From Gammaproteobacteria bacterium (GTDB lineage Bacteria > Pseudomonadota > Gammaproteobacteria > Acidiferrobacterales > SZUA-150), in NCBI GenBank assembly GCA_029880545.1, contig JAOUOD010000002.1, positions 113,827 to 177,826 on the forward strand: a DNA stretch of 64,000 nt. The letters are read 5' to 3'. The notes below the pieces were generated by a model. That model did not search any database, was not told the origin of the DNA, and saw nothing but the letters and a program-made list of their open reading frames with translations. This document shows positions 59,339-64,000 of the stretch, one piece after another (position 1 is the stretch's first letter; every line of letters begins with the position of its first letter). Position numbers and translations under genes: made by a program.

Positions 59339-60091
59339 ATGGCCATGGCAAAACCACCGGGCACACACAAACCCTCGCGCAAACGCACGCTGGAAGATGT
59401 CACCAGGACTCTGCAAGATCTGGTCAATAACGAATTGTCCGATGCATCACTGCGCATGCGCAGCTTGCAAGAGCGGGTAAAGAAAGCCCGTTCAGATCCA
59501 GATGCGGCGGTCGAAACCCCGGCATCATCCGCCGCGCAATCCCCGGCCCGACTTTCTCCGGCCCCGGGCAAAAAGCCTGCGGCTAACGCATCCAAGGATA
59601 ACCCGAATCCCGGCCCGGTTGAGGTCGAGGGCATGGACCCGGAAGAATGGATTCGCATACTGGGTAACGCCGTGGCCGATGAAACACTGGGCGGACCGGC
59701 AACAGGCAACACCCGCCAGACCCCGGTCCCGGCGGCTGACACCGCACCCTTGACGGCGACAGGCCAATCAATGCTTCCGGCTGAGACTGATAGCGATTAC
59801 CGGGCCGGTGACCAGATGGACATGTGGGACGATGACATCCCGGTATTGCGCGACGTCGCAGCGCCACCGCCCATGGGCGAACCGGAACCGGCCACAGCCG
59901 ACGAGCACACGCTGTCGCCAAAGGAACGGGGACGCAAGCTGGCAATCCGGGTCATCGCCAAGCTGAATATCGAGTTGCGGGAAAAAGGCAAACCGGAATT
60001 ACCGCCACTGATTATCAATCGGCTGCAGCGGATACTGGAACAGGAGCTGGCGCAACAGGCCGCAAACATGGACAATAGCCGCACCGAATAA
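59339..60091 (+). CDS. Pro/Ala/Asp-rich low-complexity protein (unknown)
   Basis: The 250-aa ORF fills the holC-valS gap. I recall a hypothetical gene in the same position in P. aeruginosa. The C-terminal ~60 aa look helical and structured. Confidence 0.5.
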   Translation: MAMAKPPGTHKPSRKRTLEDVTRTLQDLVNNELSDASLRMRSLQERVKKARSDPDAAVETPASSAAQSPARLSPAPGKKPAANASKDNPNPGPVEVEGMDPEEWIRILGNAVADETLGGPATGNTRQTPVPAADTAPLTATGQSMLPAETDSDYRAGDQMDMWDDDIPVLRDVAAPPPMGEPEPATADEHTLSPKERGRKLAIRVIAKLNIELREKGKPELPPLIINRLQRILEQELAQQAANMDNSRTE

Positions 60092-60172
60092 GCCAATCTC
60101 ACTGATTTGAATTCGCGGGAAAGCCGGGCCTTTCCCGTTGTATTATTTGCCCTACAGGATTTGACTGGAGTC

Positions 60173-62974
60173 ATGAGTAACACCACCGATACCAACGACG
60201 CCACACTGGCGACCGTCTACGACCCCCGCGCCATCGAAGGCACCATCTATCAACGCTGGGAACAGGCCGGCCACTTTGCCGCCAACGGCGATGTGGACAA
60301 GCCCTACTGCATCATGATTCCGCCGCCCAACGTCACCGGCAGCCTGCACATGGGTCACGCCTTTCAGGATACGCTCATGGATGCACTTACCCGCTACCAT
60401 CGCATGAAGGGCAACCACGCCTTGTGGCAAGTGGGCACCGACCATGCCGGCATCGCCACGCAAATGGTGGTCGAACGATTGCTGGAAGCCGAAGGCAAGA
60501 CACGCCATGACCTGGGTCGCGATGAATTCACCAGGCGTGTCTGGCAATGGAAAGAACATTCCGGCAACAACATTACCCGCCAACTGCGGCGCATGGGCGC
60601 CTCCGTTGACTGGAGCCGCGAGCGCTTCACCATGGATGATGGCTTGTCCGATGCGGTCAAGGAAGTATTTGTCCGGCTCTACGAAGAAGACCTGATTTAT
60701 CGTGGCAAGCGCCTGGTGAACTGGGACCCGGTACTGCACACGGCGGTCTCGGATCTCGAAGTACTTAACGAAGAAGAATCCGGCCACATGTGGCACATGC
60801 GCTATCCCATTGCCGATGGCAGCGGTCATGTTGTCGTTGCCACCACGCGACCGGAAACCATGCTGGGCGACTCGGCCGTGGCCGTGCACCCGGATGATGA
60901 GCGCTACAAACATCTTGTTGGCAAAACACTGAAGCTGCCACTCACCGGCCGCGAAATCCCGGTGATTGCCGATGACTACGTTGACCCGGAATTCGGTTCC
61001 GGTTGCGTCAAGATCACGCCGGCTCATGACTTTAATGACTATGAAGTCGGTCAACGTCATGACCTGCCGTTGATTAACATTCTGGCCATTGACGCCCGCA
61101 TTGACCTTGAAGGCTCAAAATATCACGGCATTGATCGCTACGAAGCGCGTGACATGATCGTACACGACCTGAAAGAACTGGACCTGCTGGAAAAGATTGA
61201 TGATCACAAGCTCATGGTGCCGCGCGGTGATCGCAGTGGCGCGGTCATTGAGCCATTCCTGACAGACCAATGGTACGTGCGCATCCAGCCATTGGCAGAC
61301 CCGGCGATCAAGGCCGTGGAAAACGGTGACATCAGGTTTGTGCCGGAAAACTGGTCCAAGACCTATTTTGAATGGATGCGTAACATCGATGACTGGTGCA
61401 TCAGCCGCCAGATCTGGTGGGGTCACCGTATTCCGGCATGGTATGACGATAATGGCAATGTTTATGTCGGTCGCGACGAAGCGGAAGTGCGTAACAAGCA
61501 CGGTCTTGGTGAGACACCGCTGCGCCAGGACGAAGACGTACTGGATACCTGGTTCTCATCGGCGCTGTGGCCGTTTTCAACCCTGGGCTGGCCGCAACAA
61601 ACCGATGAACTGAAAACATTCTACCCTACCAGCGTACTGGTAACCGGCTTCGATATTATTTTTTTCTGGGTCGCGCGCATGATCATGATGGGTATCAAGT
61701 TCATGGGCGACGTACCGTTCAGGGAAGTCTATGTCACCGGCCTGATTCGTGATGCCCACGGCCAGAAGATGTCCAAGTCCAAGGGTAACGTGCTCGACCC
61801 TATTGATCTTATTGACGGCATCAGTCTTGACGACCTGCTGGCCAAGCGCACCACCGGCCTGATGCAGCCGCAGATGAAGAAGAAGATTGAGAAAGCCACG
61901 GTCAAGGAGTTCCCGGACGGCATTCCGCCGTTTGGTACCGACGCCCTGCGCTTTACCCTGGCAGCGCTGGCTACCACCGGCCGTGATATCAACTTTGATC
62001 TTGGTCGCATTGAAGGCTACCGCAACTTCTGCAACAAGCTGTGGAACGCGGCGCGTTACGTGTTGATGAATACGGAAGGTCATGACTGCGGCCAGGCCAA
62101 TGATGATGTCGAACTCAACGCCGCTGACCACTGGATTATTTCGCGCCTGCAACAAGTGGAACAGAAAGTGGGGCAGCAAATGGCCGGTTACCGCTTTGAT
62201 CACATGGCCCAGGATGTTTATGCCTTTGTCTGGGATGAATACTGCTCCTGGTATCTTGAGCTGTCCAAGGTGGTATTGAACAATAACAACAGCAGCGAGG
62301 CACAGTTGCGCGGCACCCGTCGCACGCTGGTTCGTGTTCTGGAAGCCTTGTTGCGCCTGCTGCACCCGATCATGCCGTATATCACCGAAGAGATCTGGCA
62401 AAAAGTCGCGCCACTGGCCAACAAGACCGGTGACACCATCATGCTGCAACCGTACCCGGTGGCCGAGCCCGGCAAGATCAATGAACAGGCTATGGCGCAA
62501 ATGCACTGGCTGATGCAGGCGATCACCGGCATACGCAACATCCGCGGTGAAATGAACATCAAGCCGAGCCAGAGAATCCCGGTATTGTTTGAAAACGCCG
62601 GCGCGCAGGATCGCGCCTTCCTTGACCAGTCGCGCGGTTATTTTGACTTCCTCGCCAAGACCGAAACTATCGACGTACTTGGCCAGGGCGATGTGGCACC
62701 GGAGTCTGCCATGGCACTGGTGGCTGAAATGAAAATACTGGTGCCGCTGGCCGGGCTTATCGACAAGGGCGCAGAACTCAAGCGCCTGGCCAAGGAAATC
62801 GAGCGACTGGAAAAAGACATTGCCGGCGCCCAGGCCAGGCTGCAGAACAGCAACTTTGTCGACAAGGCACCTGCACAGGTTGTTGACCAGGTGCGGCAGC
62901 AACTGGCTGACTCACAAACCGCGCTCGCCAACCTCAAGGAACAGTACGACAAGATCGAAGCCTTGCCGGATTGA
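60173..62974 (+). CDS. valS: valine--tRNA ligase
   Basis: MSNTTDT...[15 protein letters not shown] starts the protein, followed by the HIGH motif ([14 protein letters not shown]), KMSKS ([11 protein letters not shown]) and a C-terminal coiled-coil. GGAG lies upstream of the ATG at 60173. Confidence 0.96.
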   Translation: MSNTTDTNDATLATVYDPRAIEGTIYQRWEQAGHFAANGDVDKPYCIMIPPPNVTGSLHMGHAFQDTLMDALTRYHRMKGNHALWQVGTDHAGIATQMVVERLLEAEGKTRHDLGRDEFTRRVWQWKEHSGNNITRQLRRMGASVDWSRERFTMDDGLSDAVKEVFVRLYEEDLIYRGKRLVNWDPVLHTAVSDLEVLNEEESGHMWHMRYPIADGSGHVVVATTRPETMLGDSAVAVHPDDERYKHLVGKTLKLPLTGREIPVIADDYVDPEFGSGCVKITPAHDFNDYEVGQRHDLPLINILAIDARIDLEGSKYHGIDRYEARDMIVHDLKELDLLEKIDDHKLMVPRGDRSGAVIEPFLTDQWYVRIQPLADPAIKAVENGDIRFVPENWSKTYFEWMRNIDDWCISRQIWWGHRIPAWYDDNGNVYVGRDEAEVRNKHGLGETPLRQDEDVLDTWFSSALWPFSTLGWPQQTDELKTFYPTSVLVTGFDIIFFWVARMIMMGIKFMGDVPFREVYVTGLIRDAHGQKMSKSKGNVLDPIDLIDGISLDDLLAKRTTGLMQPQMKKKIEKATVKEFPDGIPPFGTDALRFTLAALATTGRDINFDLGRIEGYRNFCNKLWNAARYVLMNTEGHDCGQANDDVELNAADHWIISRLQQVEQKVGQQMAGYRFDHMAQDVYAFVWDEYCSWYLELSKVVLNNNNSSEAQLRGTRRTLVRVLEALLRLLHPIMPYITEEIWQKVAPLANKTGDTIMLQPYPVAEPGKINEQAMAQMHWLMQAITGIRNIRGEMNIKPSQRIPVLFENAGAQDRAFLDQSRGYFDFLAKTETIDVLGQGDVAPESAMALVAEMKILVPLAGLIDKGAELKRLAKEIERLEKDIAGAQARLQNSNFVDKAPAQVVDQVRQQLADSQTALANLKEQYDKIEALPD

Positions 62975-63024
62975 TAATCCGGGCTACGCTTGTCTTACCA
63001 GCCATTTACTCACCGGGTGACCAT

Positions 63025-63765
63025 GTGATTCGTCCAGGACTGTTATTGATACCGCTGCTGCTTGCTGCCAGCAGCACTCCTTCTGTCCACGCGGAAAGCT
63101 ACTGGCAAAAACAGGCGAACAAGCTGCTTGACACCCGGCAGCACAAGCCGGGCAAACTGACCAGCGATGAGATTGGTCGCGCATTCAAACAGGCGCTCAA
63201 TCTCGGTGCCGATCAGGTGGTGGCCAGGCTGGGCAAGACGGATGGCTTTAATACCGATTCCGTAATCCGCATCCTGCTGCCCGATGATCTGCAAAAAGCG
63301 CGCAAGCTGCTGAAGAAAGTCGGCCAGCAACAATACGCAGATGAACTGGAACTGCGCCTGAATCGCGCCGCCGAACTGGCAACCCCGAAAGCCAGGGAGC
63401 TGTTTGTCCAGGCAATCCAGTCCATGACTTTCAGTGACATCATGACCATTTATAATGGTCCGGACGATTCTGCCACGCGCTATTTCGAACAAGCCATGTC
63501 AGCCCAGCTGGCGGCCGCCATGCGTCCCATTGTTGACGACAGCCTGGCCCAGGTTAAAGCCGTCGAATCCTACGAAAAACTGGCCAAGCGCTACAACAAG
63601 CTTCCGTTCACACGAAAACTCGAAGCAGATCTTGGCGGCCACGTTGTCAGTCGGGGCATGTCCGGAATCTTTCATTACCTTGCAAAAGAAGAAGCCGCTA
63701 TTCGCCAGCAACCTCGCCGGCATACCACGGAGTTGCTCAGGAAAGTATTTGGTCGACTGCAATAG
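63025..63765 (+). CDS. DUF4197 family periplasmic protein
   Basis: The signal peptide is VIRPGLLLIPLLLAASSTPSVHA|ES, from a GTG start. The remainder is helical (IRILLPDDLQKARKLLKKVG...ELELRLNRAAE...), as I recall for DUF4197. The track ORF starts at 62971. Confidence 0.65.
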   Translation: MIRPGLLLIPLLLAASSTPSVHAESYWQKQANKLLDTRQHKPGKLTSDEIGRAFKQALNLGADQVVARLGKTDGFNTDSVIRILLPDDLQKARKLLKKVGQQQYADELELRLNRAAELATPKARELFVQAIQSMTFSDIMTIYNGPDDSATRYFEQAMSAQLAAAMRPIVDDSLAQVKAVESYEKLAKRYNKLPFTRKLEADLGGHVVSRGMSGIFHYLAKEEAAIRQQPRRHTTELLRKVFGRLQ

Positions 63766-64000
63766 GTGGCAGAAGGTCATTTTCCTGAATTAATCCACCG
63801 TTACACCGGGTCAGCCGTGGCGCATTCTGGCAAAAGCTAAAGGATCATCGCTCAATCTCCGATAACCCTGCACGGGCATTCAATTCAAATTCCTTGAGCA
63901 ATGGCAATACCAGAACATATCACGACAAAGAACCTGGTATCCGGGTTCTCGGCAGAACGCGTCACCCCGGAAGAGTTGAGGCAATATCGCCTGTTCCAGG

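Noticed and set aside
60152-62902. Two very long antisense ORFs inside valS (60152-61060, 302 aa; 61577-62902, 441 aa).
   Set aside because: Their translations are low-complexity and rich in Arg, Gly, Ala and His, with no recognisable motifs. They lie entirely opposite a gene with unambiguous ValRS motifs (HIGH, KMSKS). This is the typical stop-codon-poor antisense frame of a GC-rich gene.
63901-64000. ATG-initiated frame MAIPEHITTKNLVSGFSAERVTPEELRQYRLFQ... running off the right edge.
   Set aside because: Only 33 codons are visible, with no recognisable motif and a weak RBS. This is not enough to call a gene or product.
1-64000. Scan for CRISPR arrays, rRNA genes, IS elements or transposases, integrases and phage genes.
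   Set aside because: No regularly spaced repeats, rRNA-like sequence, or DDE, tyrosine or serine recombinase-like translations were seen in any listed ORF.

Overview
This window looks like a gammaproteobacterial chromosome segment, with roughly 52-58% G+C in housekeeping genes by spot counts. The conserved blocks are ileS-ribF-(DUF2203)-murJ / rpsT / proB-obg-rpmA-rplU / ispB-tRNA-Pro, and lptG-lptF <> pepA ... holC-(hyp)-valS. Three accessory or rearranged regions lie between them. (1) A pilS-pilR-pilA type IVa pilin locus has a well-matched sigma-54 promoter and TGTC direct repeats. A visibly AT-rich ~7.4-kb sugar-modification island follows it and ends at tRNA-Arg(CCT). The island encodes a TPR-bearing multi-pass membrane glycosyltransferase candidate, a GT2, a GT4, three SAM methyltransferases and a flippase-like protein. 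(2) The cytochrome c maturation system is split into convergent ccmABCDE-G and ccmF-H-I blocks. A 470-bp AT-rich spacer beside it carries a DnaA-box palindrome. (3) About 27 kb is inserted into the otherwise conserved pepA-holC junction. It holds a hemolysin-III gene, a His-rich/HupE/DUF6488-like metal module, and a hemerythrin-DUF2249-membrane protein operon with a Tat-signal HIRAN protein. The main item is an 18-gene, ~21-kb co-oriented locus (37772-58651, minus strand) encoding a non-canonical type II secretion / type IV filament hybrid. Its parts are a STAS-MshEN-GspE ATPase, a GspF platform, a GspG-like major pseudopilin, Ca-repeat minor pseudopilins, a 914-aa PilX/GspK-like protein, PilMNOP and an OmpA-fused secretin. 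A two-component system and two c-di-GMP enzymes are interleaved with these genes and translationally coupled to them. I saw no rRNA, CRISPR array, transposase or integrase. All calls come from reading the translations and the DNA by eye; no database search was possible.
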